A stretch of 64,000 nt of DNA from Geosiphon pyriformis uo1 (taxonomy: Eukaryota > Fungi > Glomeromycota). This document shows positions 51,631-64,000 of this stretch, piece after piece (positions within the stretch are counted from its first letter, which is position 1; each line of letters opens with the position of its first letter). The stretch is from contig JAAOMT010000128.1 in the NCBI GenBank assembly GCA_016748015.1, positions 1,061,538-1,125,537 of the forward strand, given 5' to 3'. The translations under genes and the position numbers were made by a program. Under the pieces are notes generated by a model. That model was not told the origin of the DNA, ran no database searches, and was given only the letters and a program-made list of their open reading frames with translations.

Positions 51631-54600
51631 AAAGAAAAGAATAATGTTACTCATAAAATATAGGAAGTATATTAGCATATAAATTGGCCAATTAGAAGTA
51701 GCCATAGTAAATGTGGAATTCCAGGATTCCTCTCAAGAGAAATTGCAGGATTCCAGGAATTTCAAGATTCTTGTACAAGAAATTGCAGGATTCCAGAATT
51801 TCAGGATTCCTCTCAAAAAGAATTACAAGATTCCAGAAATTCCAGAATTTTTGGTGTGAAAAATTGAGGAATTGAGGAATCTTAATTATGTATATATAGC
51901 AGTAGCATTAGAAATAGAAAGGACAGATCTCTCAAGTTTAGATTTGATCTAAACAACTTTCTCTTCACAAATATCAATAAATAATTATTTACTATCTCAA
52001 TCTACTCTCTACTATCAACACTTTATGTTGATAGTAATTGATACTTGACCATACTAGAACAATAGCTCTTGATCATGACTATTGACAGGATATTAATATT
52101 TATTGCTTTGGCTTATTTTATTGTTTATTTTTTTTATTGTTTTTTATTTTTTTTATTTTACTAATTGATTGAAAATTAAGTGCTAAGTTATTGATGTTAA
52201 GAATAGCCTGGTAAAAGACCTAAAGAAAGGGTATAGAAATTGAGAATTTAAGAATAGCTTACCAGAAGAGCATCCCTGCCAAATTACTGGTCACCAGGCT
52301 GAGAAAAAAATTTGATGGAATTGCAATTCTGAGAGGCTACTGAAAAGACAACAATTGAATCTCTGTCCATTATACAAAAGACTCCAATCAAAACTTTCAA
52401 ATAAAACAACATCTTCAGATATTACCAACAATATTATAATCAATTAAGCACCAAGTTATGGGTTTGTTATTTGATTTAAGACCCCAAATAATCAATTGTA
52501 ACACCACACTGGGATAATGTTTATTATAGAGGCATTTGTGAACAGCAACAGGTAGTCTATAATATAAAGCTTTCATAAAATAGAAATAGTAGCCAGCAGA
52601 AGGGTGACTCGTAAAACCAGCAGTCATGTAAGAATCAGAATGCCAAACAAGAGACGATTTAAACCAATTAATATCTGTAAGCAGATGACTGTCCACAATT
52701 TTGGCACCAGATCCTAATTTCCAGCATGCACAATGGATAGACCAAAAAATATCATGAACAAAGTGTCTAGAGTTTCCAGAAACAATACTGCTATTAGCCA
52801 AAACAAAACATTCCTTGAGCCAGGAAGAAGGAGCTGGCCTGAATGGGAAAAGACATCAGCAAGCAAGTTAGCTTGATCATTACCCAAAACACCTGAATGT
52901 CCTTTAACCTTATACCAGCCAACATTCAAATTCCTCTTATGAATAATACTAGCAATGTGTTGACATTCAACTCAATATTTGTTCCAAAAATCCAGAACCA
53001 ACAACAATAATTCAAATTTACATGCATCCAAAACAGCTTGGCTGTCAGAAAATAGACAGACTAAACTCGAACTAAGCACACACTCAAGAGCCAACACAAT
53101 GGCTTGAAGCTCCACCAGTGTAGAAGACACTATGTTAGTCATTTCCATTCCAAGACCTATGTTAATGTTCTTAAAGAATGCAGCAGCACCAGCTTTCATA
53201 TTAACACTTCCCAAGCTACAAAAAAAACCATCTGTGTACACAGAAAAGCCAGAGGCACCAATGCCAGACAACCAATCACATACTGACCTAAACTCATGAG
53301 ATTCAAGAATGTTTTCAGCAGCAGCAACATTTGGAAGGAGAAATTTGACATTAAAAAAACCAGAATCATAGAGATACCAAATGGCAGTAACAACCAAACA
53401 GGAACAGAACCACATGGATCAAGTTTTTTCCACTACTTAAAAGTCTTCCAGTCAAAAACAGCACCATTCTGGCACCAAAACTGCTTAACAAAAGCAATTC
53501 CATAATGATGAAGGAAGGAAAAGCACTTGAAATACATTGACTCACCAAAGATACCAGACAAAAAAGTTCTATGTTAGAAGTGAAAAGCATTATACACAAG
53601 ATTACCCAAAGACAAACCAGAGCCGAGAAAGACCCAAACCACACCCACCAAGAAGTTGTTCAAAAAATTAACACTAATGTAAACTGGAGAACACAAGGAA
53701 TACACAGGACACCAACTCAAGACCTGTAAGTCATGTGACCTATGTGTAAACAATTGGTCCAAAATTCCAACAGAGTTAGTAAAGCATACTACAGCAACAA
53801 CCTTGCCTTCAGCTTGAACTTGTTTAAAAGTCTTTAAGCCATAGAATGAAGAGTAGTACAAGATATTATTAAGAAAGTTCAGAGGCAGACCCAATTTCAA
53901 TTTCAGGCCCTTCCAAATTAAAACATCCCACTTTTGGCACACACTAGCAGAAATGAAGCTAAACTGGTTTCTGTAATCAACAATAAGATAAAGAACTACT
54001 AAAACCAAGTAAGAAAACTGTTTGTCTGAAATTGCTTTCCTCAGAACAAGATTGGCAAAAAATCAAACATCCAAATGTGCTTTGGCCAAGCTAGGCTTAA
54101 ACAACTTATCAGAAGAAAAAAAAATACCCAGATATTGGTGAGACACATCTTTTTTGGTGATAGAAATAGGAGCACTACTGACAAATAAAAAAAGAGCTGC
54201 TACCCTGCAATTAATCAGGATTACTACAGTCTTGTCAGTGTTGATTAAGATATTATTCATCTTGAAAAATTCACTGGCAACATTGAGAATGTGTTGTGTA
54301 GCTGTCTGACTAGAACCAACTCATATAGTGTACTTGCAGCAAGAAAAAAAGTCAAACCATTCTGGAAATTTATGTGACCAGTTTTGGCAACATAATATGA
54401 ATTCATCCTATAGCCACATACTGCCTCTTGTCTCTTTACTTTACACAGCAATGTGTCATAAAAAATACACCAAAGGAAAGGTGAAAACACTTCTTTTTGA
54501 TTTAAGCCATCATGAATACTGTAACCATTAGTCAACCCAAAATCAGTCATCATTCTATTCATGTGACTATTGTAAATACTCCCAAAAAATTTTATGAATC

Positions 54601-55442
54601 TACTGCACATTTTGATTCTGACCAAACTTTTTCTCAGATGTTCCCAACCAACTAAATCATATGCTTTTCTCATGTCTTATAAAACTAGCCAAAGTTCACA
54701 ATTCTTTTCCAAAGCATCTTTGACCACTGAACCAATAGCAAAAATAGAAGACTGTATCATTGTACCTTTAAAAACTGAGAAGTTGTTATTACAAAGAACA
54801 TCATACTTACTACACGCCACAAAGATCCTATTAGAGAGAATCTTAGAAAGAATTTTGTGGGCAGTTTCAATCAGTGCTATGGGTTAGGTATTTATAAAAA
54901 CTCCCTCCTAGTCATAGGGTTTAGGAATTATAGACATCCAGGCCTCCTTTCAAGGACCCAGAACAGATTCACAAATCAAACAAGAGTTTAAAAGCAAATC
55001 CAGAACAGACTTGTCACAATGCTTCCATAGCTTATTTGTAATACCAGAAAGGCCAGCAGCTTTATTATAAGGCAAATTTAAAGCCACACCAAGAAATTCA
55101 TCCACCTCAATTGGGTGCATCACATTCGAAAAGACATTATCGAAAACATGCTTTAAGAGTTGAAATTGGTGAAGCCATTTATCTGAAATGTTGTTAATCA
55201 CTACACGCTTTTTGGTCCAGCCCTTCATAATACTATTGACGTGAAATTTAACCAAACCAGGCTCTAAAATGAGGTTCTCATTCACAATCAGATGATCCAA
55301 TGTAACTTTGCAAAACAGCTGCTTAAGTACACTTCTAATGGTTTGGCCTTTATTTAACTCAAAGTTTTCTATTCTTTTGTCAATTACTAGTCTGATTTGA
55401 GAGCTTTTAGCATGTTTTGAATCCATTATCTTAAGAGAACAA

Positions 55443-56852
55443 TGTTACCAGTAGTTTTTGTTGGTATTAAAGAACATTTCTTAGCTCAACTGGTAATACA
55501 CATTATCATAATTATGCTATGAACTATAGTATATCATGGGTGTATAGACTATTTTAATAAGTAAAAAAGCAAAAGAGATATGTAATAAGGTTATTAAAAA
55601 TGAAAAAAAGTATTGTTATTATCATTTGTTTTTAGGCAAGAACCAGTCTTAAGTATTTGAAAAGAGAAAAAAAGAAGTCTCATCTCTTTATAAGTATTTG
55701 AAATGCAACCAGCAACAAGGAGAGAAACCAACTACTCAAAGAAATACATAACCAGAATTTTTTTAATTAGTTGTCGAAAGGGTGTGGTGTTTAAATGCCT
55801 GCTTTGAAAACAAAGTTATAGGAATTATAAAAGGAATTATGAAAGTCAAACATAACTGAAATAGATTTTGCTTAAACTTTTTATTGTTGAAACTACTTTT
55901 TAACAATGTGATACTTTATTACTTATTTTTATATTTAACAACTTGTTTGGTGAAACAAAATTTAATGTAAAATGGTGATAACACATGATTTGAAAGATTA
56001 GAAGTAATAGAAAGCTTGATAATATTGTTAACAAATAAATAAGAAATTATAAATAACATGATTCCAAATGGTGATAAGGAATATGAAAAGACATACTTAA
56101 AATTGTAATAACAAGTATTTAGAGCATAGAAAGAAGAAAAAAGAGAGTGAAAGGTAGAGGAAAAAACCAACTGCTTACTATAAAACTATAGCAAAGAGTT
56201 GGCTCAGTATTAAACTGATACTTTCCTAAGCTAACAGAGAAGCTGTATATATAATTAAATTACATCAGATTTACATACTATATTAAAACTATTTAAAATA
56301 CATCAATTATTTAAATATATTAATTTAATCAATTTATGATAAGCTTACTTGGCATATTATTTCTCAGAGCTAGTGATTTTTAGATGATCAGATTTAGATG
56401 GCTGAATTTAGAACATTAATTGTAAATCAATGATACCAATTGTGATTATGATCAATGTAATCAGAAGTAGATCAATTGATTACATTTCTTGGTAACTACT
56501 TTTAACTATTGATCACAGATCTGGAATGTTAGATTGTTTTAATAAGGGCATATAAGAATTTTGGAGCATAACAAAACCTGTTGTTATCTGATTACATGTA
56601 TCAATCATTCATTTCCATTGGTGTTTCTTAGTTTGCCAAGATTTCTTTGTATCCAACTTAGTTAAACTATTGGATTGTGCCATATTTCTTTGTTGTAATT
56701 TAATTGATTGCTAATCATTTATTTTCAGATTGCCAGCTGATTTTGTTAATTAAGTGCGATAATGTAGGTCTTTTTCACATAATTTTGATGTTAATTTCTA
56801 TTGTATGTGTTGTAATTTTTGCATTGAAAAGTGTGAAAATCTTCCAGTAATA
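55443..56852 (+). mobile_element. Solo LTR (about 1410 bp) inserted in the minus-strand LINE
   Basis: TGTTACCAGTAG start, CAGTAATA end, 4-bp TSD ACAA at 55439-55442 and 56853-56856; no coding remnants seen. Confidence 0.8.
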
Positions 56853-58771
56853 ACAATAAGACTTTTTAATCTTTGCTAAAGCCAATCTAATAACATCAAA
56901 ATGAGATTTCAAAAGAAAAAAAGATTTGATAGCAGAAGTATTAACAGAATCTAAAAACACCCAAACATTTAACAGAGAGACAAATTCATCAGATAACACA
57001 GAATGTGAAGCCTTTACCAACTTAAAAACCAAAAGTTCTAATCTATAATAGTGAAAAAAACACTTGGTAAAGCCACCATCAAAATTCTTAGACCAGGTTT
57101 TCAAGAAAACTTCACTTGCTGAAAAACAAATGGCTTTGTGAACAATGCTTTACATGCCATTCAGATCAGCAAACAATAACAATTAGCAAATACATCAGAA
57201 AACATGGCGAGATTATCATGAGATGCAATTCTATACTACTTCCATTTAACCTCATCAGCATGTTTGACATTAAATCTCTACTTGTCTTTGTTGGCTTAAA
57301 CATGAATGGCTTTCAAGACAGGATCCAAAATTCCAGCAAGACCAATTGTAATTTGAACAGAACTATGATTAGTGCTAAAAAACTTATCCACATCCACAAC
57401 TTGCCCATTTACTAAAGCATTACTCAAACTTTATGAAACAAAAATGTAATCAATAGTCCTTTCAACACCTCTGAAATTCCTCCAAATAGAAGTCCTAATG
57501 TAAGAACTATTGATTAATGTATTGACCAGATTTAGATCTACACATTTACTAAAGCTAGAGCTATGTTTGTTTCTGTCCTCATTGAAATCACCACCTAATA
57601 TAACAAAAATACTCTCATTATAAGCTCTGGCTATAAAGGAATTAACAAAACCAGCCTAGATTATATGCCTATCCAAAGAAGCCTCTGTATATAAACCCAA
57701 CACAAAAACAGATTGTTTGTTTTTGAAAAGCAAACAGATCATCAAAAGTCTACCCAGAATCTCAGAGATTTTTGAAACATGTTTGGTTAAACTTTTATTT
57801 ATGATTAAAGTGACGCCCACTGTTACCAGAGGTTTTTGGTCTCTTTTCTTAAATGTTGTTAATGTCTGTTTGTTGTAAATTCATGTTTTCTAAAAGTAGT
57901 TGAACCTCTAATAACTGAATTTATCTTCAAATTATCTCCTATAATTTAAACTGCTAGACTTATGAATGGAATGGCCAATTCTGTGCCAGTTACTTTGTGT
58001 AGTTACATTGTAGTAAACGTCAACTCTTTTCTAGAAATTGCTCTTCTGGAAGCTCCCTAAAATGTGTAGTTACTTTACTGTGAAAGTCAACTTTTTTACA
58101 GAAATCTCATCTGTAGACTACCCTAATGATTGTAATAAGAAAAAAAAAGAAATATAAAAGAAATATAAAAGAAATAGAATTTTGTCAAGGAAATCATTTT
58201 CTATTCAGGCCTGGAGTCACTAACAGCTTATTGAAATTGGTAGCTAATCAATTTCAAAAACGTTAGTTGTGTTTGAGGGAATTTCAAGTGTAATAATTTT
58301 GAAGATTTGGTTTTCAAATATTTAATTTTTATTTGATTTTGTAAAAAGTGATTTGTTTCAATTAAGATATCTAAAATAAGATACTATGATAAGATATGGG
58401 AAGGATACATTTTCTTGAAGAGAGAAGCACTTCTTTTATGCAACTTGTTGTAGTACTATTCTTGAACTTGCACTTTTCTTTTTTTTTCAATTTGGGTGAA
58501 CTAAAGATATATTTTGGTGAATTTACAAGTTATTTCACTGAACTATTGATTATTTCGGCAAATTTTCATTAATTTTAGCGAATTTTGACTATGTTAAATG
58601 GTTCAGAGTATTGTGTAATTTGATCATCTTAATTTCTAGAGTACAAATCGGATTATTGATTGAGTAATAATATTTGATAATTTGATTAAATAATAAGTGA
58701 TAATCGAAATGATAATGATATATGCTGATTAATAATAGGAATTATAAGGGTAATTTCATGCTAATTAATAG

Positions 58772-59479
58772 CTAAAATTCTACTGGTAACATAATCTCTT
58801 CCTCAAGACTGAGCTCCATCGAAGTCCAAGTATTATCTGGGATGTTAAGATAGTGGTCCACAATAATTGAAGTGATCTGGTCTGAAAATTGTTGAAATTT
58901 CAGTTCTGTGAGTTTTCCAATATATTGAATCTTTATTGGATAGAGTATTGGATTTTGTAGAACGTTTTCACAAGTATTGAATAAATTATAGAGTCTAGAT
59001 GCTGCTCTAAGTTTGTAGTGAGTGTTTGTTGGTCCAGCTGCTGTCTTGAATTCATTGTGAATTTGTTTTTGTATAGTCTCAGGAGTGATGTTGGTTGCTT
59101 CAAGTTCCAGTTTTCGTTTATAAAGTGTTTTTCCAATATGAAAATATCTATATATAAAAGTATGTTTATTGTTCTGTCCATTAAAGAGTAGTAGAAGTTT
59201 TTGTTGCATTGTGGCATTTGGTGGAATGTCAATAGGGGCAATTGAAAGTTTTTCTTCTAATGCTTGCTTCAAAAGTTCTGGTAATCTATTTCCAGAGTGA
59301 CCTCTTGTCTTTCTTCTATAAGGGTGATAGTTCTGAGAATTATTTACTATTGGGGCTGTGGTTTCTTTCTGAATGTAATTAATTTGACTTCCATTAATCG
59401 TTATAGACAAGTCAAGAAGTGTTTTTAAAGTTAACATTAATTTTTGGGATATTTTTTGAATATTTTGGGGAATAATCAT
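58772..59479 (-). CDS. Retrotransposon ORF3 of unknown function (235 aa, open)
   Basis: Uninterrupted ORF between integrase and PPT/LTR; homologue in element A. Confidence 0.7.
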   Translation of the reverse strand: MIIPQNIQKISQKLMLTLKTLLDLSITINGSQINYIQKETTAPIVNNSQNYHPYRRKTRGHSGNRLPELLKQALEEKLSIAPIDIPPNATMQQKLLLLFNGQNNKHTFIYRYFHIGKTLYKRKLELEATNITPETIQKQIHNEFKTAAGPTNTHYKLRAASRLYNLFNTCENVLQNPILYPIKIQYIGKLTELKFQQFSDQITSIIVDHYLNIPDNTWTSMELSLEEEIMLPVEF

Positions 59480-62400
59480 GATAAAAATGACTAATTAATA
59501 ACAAAGTTTGAAAAGAATAAAGAAAATTATTTTTGAGTATAGAGTTTTTATTTGTTTTTGGGTTTTAAATGTTTCTTTATAATTATTTACTATTTTGTTT
59601 TTGATTTATGTTTTGTGGTTTATATAAAAAAATATTGTAAAATTATGTTGAATTAAGTGTTCAAGTTTGGCTGTTGTTTTATTATAACTATTGGTTCTAA
59701 ATTTCGGGGAATATCTTCAGGATTAATTAAAAGAGAATGTGTACCAATTTGTGGAATTAATGGTTCAAAATTGTTTCTGGAATAATAGTGTTTCAATCTA
59801 TCTCTATGTGCAACTTTTGCTAGTACTTTGTTATCAAGTCTTAACTTGTATAATCTATTGCCTAGAATTTCGTGAATATAAAATGGTCCATCCTATTTGT
59901 TTTTAAATTTTCCACTCCATTGTTTTTCAGCCTTAGTTCTGTATAAAAGAACTTTATTTCCAGCTTTAAATTCGTTGGTTATGGATGGTAATTTGTTGTC
60001 ATGTCTTTTTTTTTGTTGAGCTTGAGAATGTTTAATATGAGTTGCTGCTATCTTTCTTTTTCCTTTTAGTGTACTAAAAAGAGTGTAGGCCTTTTTTTGG
60101 AGTGTTTCTTGAAAGTTTTCTTCATTAATTGGTTGCACTGGATATGTTTCCACTGTGAAATTAATTGGTAGTGTTGCTGTTTTTTTATAAATAAGACCAA
60201 ATAGTGTGTGTTTTGTAGTATTTTGTTTTAGTGTTCTGTATGCTAGTAACACTGATGGAATAAAGATATCCCATTCTTGCTCAAAATTTGTTGAAACTTT
60301 GGCTAAAGATTTACACAATGTTCTGTTGAAACATTCTACAAGTTCATTTGTTTGAGGGTAATAAGGTGATAATAAAAGTCTTTTGACATTGAACCATTCA
60401 CAAATTTCTTGTATCAAGTTGTTCACAAAATGTGTTCTTTGATCAGATAAAAGTTCAATTGGGCATCCATGTTTACAAATAATGTCTTCATAAATAAAAT
60501 TTGCTACTGATTTTGCATCTGCTCTTTGGATGGCTCTAGTTTCAGGCCATTTGGTGAGATAATCTACTGCTACTGCAATATAGCAATTTTCTTGGATTGT
60601 GATAAGTAATGGTCCGACTAAATCAATTCTAACTCTGTCAAAAAGTTGTCCAATTTTGATTGGATTTAAAGGTTCTGTGGGGTGAGTTCTTTCTCTTTTT
60701 TGACAACTATCACAAGATTCTACATATTGTCAAATGTCTTTTTGTATGTGAGGCCAAAAATAATGTTCAAGAATTCTTTGAATTGTTCCATCTCTTCCCA
60801 AGTGTGCTGAAGATAGATCTGTGTGCATGTTGTATAAAATTGTTTCTTTTTTATTTTCTTGTATTAATCTGAATGGTTGGTTTAGATTTCTGTGATTTTT
60901 ATAATAGATTTTGTTATGGTGTATAAAATATTGTTTTGATTGGTGTTGTAAATAATGTTTTTCACTTGGAAACCAGTTTTCTGGCATAGTAAGGGTCTCC
61001 AAATAATTTTTAAGATTGCTGTAATTTCTGAGATCTATTCTTGTTTGGTTATTTTGTTGGTAGGTTAGTAAGTTGTAGTGGAATTGTTGTCAGTATTAAT
61101 CTTGTCTTATTCTTGAGAAACTATCAACATTGGTATGTAGTTTTTCTGGTTTGTGGTGTACAATATATCTGTAGTCTGCTAAGAAGTCATTCTATTGAGA
61201 CTGTTTGGCACTTTGTTCAGTTTTTTTTTTATTAAGCCATTTGAGGCCAATATTGTCAGTTATTATGTTAAATTCTTTTTCATTCTTCAGGTATTGTTGA
61301 AAGTGTTTAAGAGCCCAGATAACTGCAGCAGCTTCTAATTCAGTTGAGCCATATTTAAGTTCTGTTGGCTTGAGAGTTTTACTAGCATAAGCAATGACTT
61401 GTTTCTGCTTATTTTCGTCCAATTGTGATAGAATGGCACCAAATGCCATGTGTGAAGCATCAGTGGCTAGTTGAAATTGTTTGTTAAAATCTGGATAAGC
61501 AAGAACTGGGGCTGTTGTTAATTTTGTCTTGAGAGTGTCAAATGCTTTTTGTTGTTCTTTTGTCCATTTGTATGGCACATTTTTGTTGGTGAGATAATTG
61601 AGTAGTTTGGCAATTTCTGAGAATCTCTTTATGAATTTCCAATAGTAAGAGGCTAATCCTACAAATCCTCTTAATTTTGTGGTATTTTTGGAAGTTTGGA
61701 AGTTTTTGACAGCACTAATTGTTCCAGGTTTTGGTTTGACTCCATCTTTGCTTACAATGTGCCCAAGAAAAATTAAGCTTGTTTTTCCAAAGTGACATTT
61801 CTCAATGTTTAACTTTAATCTTGCTTTCTGTAATTATTGAAAAACTTCTTGTAAGTGAATGAGGTAAGCTTCAAAGCTTGGTGAGTATATATCAGTGTCA
61901 TCAAGATAGACAACTACTGATTGCCACAAGAGTCTTTCATATACAACATCCATAAGTTGTTGAAATGTTGCTGGTGTATTGCAGAGTCCAAAAGGCATAA
62001 CATTGAACTCATAGTTTTCTTCTTGAGTGGTGAATGCTGTTTTGGGTCTATTTTTCAGGTCCATTTCGACTTGTTAGTATCCACTTTCCAGGTTTAAAGT
62101 TGAGAAGAACTTGGCTTTTCCTAGAGCATCTAGCATGTCATCAATTCTTGGAAGAGAGTAGGCATCTCCAATTGTAATACTATTCAGTTGTCTATAATTA
62201 ACACAGAATCTGATTTTTCTATTTTTCTTTTTAACTAAAACTACTGATGAAGTCCAAGGACTTCTTGATGGTTGAATCAATTCATTATTGAGTATTCTTT
62301 GGACCTCTTCTTTGATGAATTGGTGGCTGGCAGGTGACGCTCAATAAGCTTGTTGATGTTTTGATGGAGCATCTCCTGTATGAATCTAATGTTAAACAAT

Positions 62401-62939
62401 ATTCATTTTTCCCAGGTCATTGTTGTCTTTTGCAAATATATCTGCAAATTTAGCTATCAATTGTTTCAATTGTCTTTGTTGTTGAGGTTCTAAGGGACTC
62501 ATGTTGATTCGAAAGAGTTTTTTTTCCAAAAGATGGTAGTTTTCAGTAATGTAAATAATATTTGGATTTGGGAGTAGAGTATGCCTTACAATATCGATGA
62601 AATTAGAGACAATTTGAGGGTTTTCATTTTGAAAAATATTGCTGTGTATAATTCCAATTTCTAATTTGTTTAATAAGACAATAAGATAATTATTGGAGTT
62701 GTAGAATGTAACTCAAATTTTTTTTATTCCTTTGGAAATATAAACGTTTGGAATTGATATTTCATGCTTCAAACAAATTTGTTCATTGGATTCAAAAATT
62801 TGTTGGGTAGTAGTAGGTTTTGAGCAAATGTAAATTTCGTGATGTTCTTCAAAAGGTGAAATAGTAATTGGTTGGGAAAGTTGAAGAATCTGATGAGATT
62901 TATTTTGTATATTAAGGGCTATGTTTACTGGAACTGTAA

Positions 62940-63380
62940 ATCGTTCAGTTGAACCAAAACCTTGCATTCCTCTTTCACTTTTTCCCAATTGTTCTCTGTT
63001 GTTAACTGATTGTAGACCCGAAATATTAATTAAGAGTAAGTAAATTGCTTGAACAATTTTTTCAGCATGTTCAATCTTGAATGGTTTGTCTGTTTCATTC
63101 TGCAACATGATAGTAATGTCTCCAGTGTATCTTGCATCTATAACTCCTTCTCTAATATTGAATTTTTTGCTTGCCAATAATGATCTGGAGGCAATTTGAA
63201 CCATTGCTCTTGGTGGTATTTCAAGAGCAATTTTGAGATTAATTTTTGTTAAGGACTTTGGTTGAAGAATCAAAGTATCTTTTTCTGGATATCTTAGATC
63301 ATATCCAGCATCAATTTCATGTGCTTTTTCTGGTCTGATTCCTTGGCCATAATTGTCGAAATATTTAAGTTGTAGAGGTG
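62940..63380 (-). pseudogene. dUTPase domain within Gypsy pol
   Basis: AHEIDAGYDL (motif I), IASRSLL (II), GVIDARYTGDI (III), KIVQAI (IV), SERGMQGFGST (V). Confidence 0.92.
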
Positions 63381-64000
63381 ATTGTTTTTCAAGAAGATAG
63401 ATGGGAGTGGTTGGTAGTTTTTCTACTAGTTCAGATACTCCAAATTCGATTTCATTTTCATCATTCTTATTTGGCAGAGAAATGCTAAGAGCATAGCATT
63501 CTAAACACCATTGGTTGTCACAAGGCATAATACATTCTTCACACAATTGAATGTTTATTTGCTCTAATCATTGAATTTGAGCTTCTTTGGTCGGATATGT
63601 GTGGCTTGCAATTTGGTAATATGTTTCTGCTTCATCTTCATAATCAAATCCAACTAATTCCATGGTGTACTCAATGTATTCAGCTTCTTTTATTTGGCAT
63701 ACATCTTCTTGGGTGGCTCCATTGATTAAAGCCATTGCTAAGTCAAAAATCATTTCAGCATTATGTGGGTAATAGTATAGTTTATTAAGAGCACTATTGT
63801 ATGCTGCATTAAATAGTGTTCCTCTTTTTACTTTTTCCGAGATTGCTAAAGCATATTGGCAGGTTTGGTCACAAACTCCTCCTCTCATTGCAATATCAAT
63901 CCAGTTGTATTCTTCTAGTAGCATATTTCCACATGTAAGGCAAGGAGTGTTGTCCTATTTTTCACTTTTTTTAGGATATCCAAATCGTTTTTTATGGCAT

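Larger units (their letters stand above)
43202..52503 (+). mobile_element. Ty3/Gypsy LTR element A with internal deletion (gag, RNase H, integrase, ORF3; no PR or RT)
   Basis: 5' LTR 43202-43262 plus 46376-47177; PBS TGGTGCTCTCTGTGAAG at about 47180; gag 47223-49150 with eroded CCHC knuckle; RNase H (LGAVLSQ...VAYASRSL); integrase (YYWP..C..C, IGINLVG); PPT about 51629-51644; 3' LTR 51645-52503 TGTTAC...GTAACA; TSD TTAC/CCAC. Confidence 0.9.
42522..57820 (-). mobile_element. Second LINE of the same group, minus strand, split by LTR insertions (pieces 42522-43201, 52504-55442, 56853-57820; 5' part beyond the element at 57821)
   Basis: ORF2 fragments collinear with 37246-41925 (RNase H VYTDG, RT KAYDLVGWEHL, endonuclease LGGDFN); shared 3' UTR; reading frames rejoin across each insertion (YPSVV|CLYCD, KKSYC|SLKIMDS). 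Confidence 0.9.
57821..64000 (-). mobile_element. Ty3/Gypsy LTR element D (Cys-rich region, dUTPase, RT, RNase H, integrase, ORF3, PPT, 3' LTR); continues beyond window
   Basis: 3' LTR 57821-58791 (TGTTACCAG...CTGGTAACA); PPT GAGGAAGAGATTA; RT SPWTSSVVLVKKK, VMPFGLCN, YLDD; RNase H TDAS...ELEAAAV; integrase YYPQTNELVECFN; many stops. Confidence 0.93.

Overview
Eukaryotic (fungal) genomic DNA. Intron style, AT content and TE protein style suggest Glomeromycotina/Mucoromycota, possibly Geosiphon-like (inference only). A gene-dense island at about 6.3-33 kb carries HSP90, a TM-less R-SNARE-motif protein, 6-phosphogluconolactonase, mitochondrial bL27, NAF1, U2 snRNA, a DUF202 protein, a Pep12/Stx7-type syntaxin, a G3BP/Bre5-like NTF2-RRM protein and FNIP/Lst4. 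It is flanked by AT-rich, transition-eroded retroelement blocks. The most notable item is not evident from the ORF track: a decayed IS607-type element at about 25.1-27.0 kb encoding a serine-recombinase TnpA and an overlapping TnpB/Fanzor2-type RNA-guided nuclease. Other highlights: an ORF1-only 'half-LINE' with its own TSD; a full LINE with a TAATG stop/start overlap; a resolvable three-level nest of a LINE and LTR elements; Ty3/Gypsy elements with dUTPase, a Cys-rich pol insert and a conserved extra ORF after integrase; and a 2-nt microexon needed to keep the DUF202 gene in frame. The 1049-bp duplication across the N-gap is treated as an assembly artefact. All translations and alignments were done by eye; exon and element boundaries are approximate unless a TSD or splice site is quoted.
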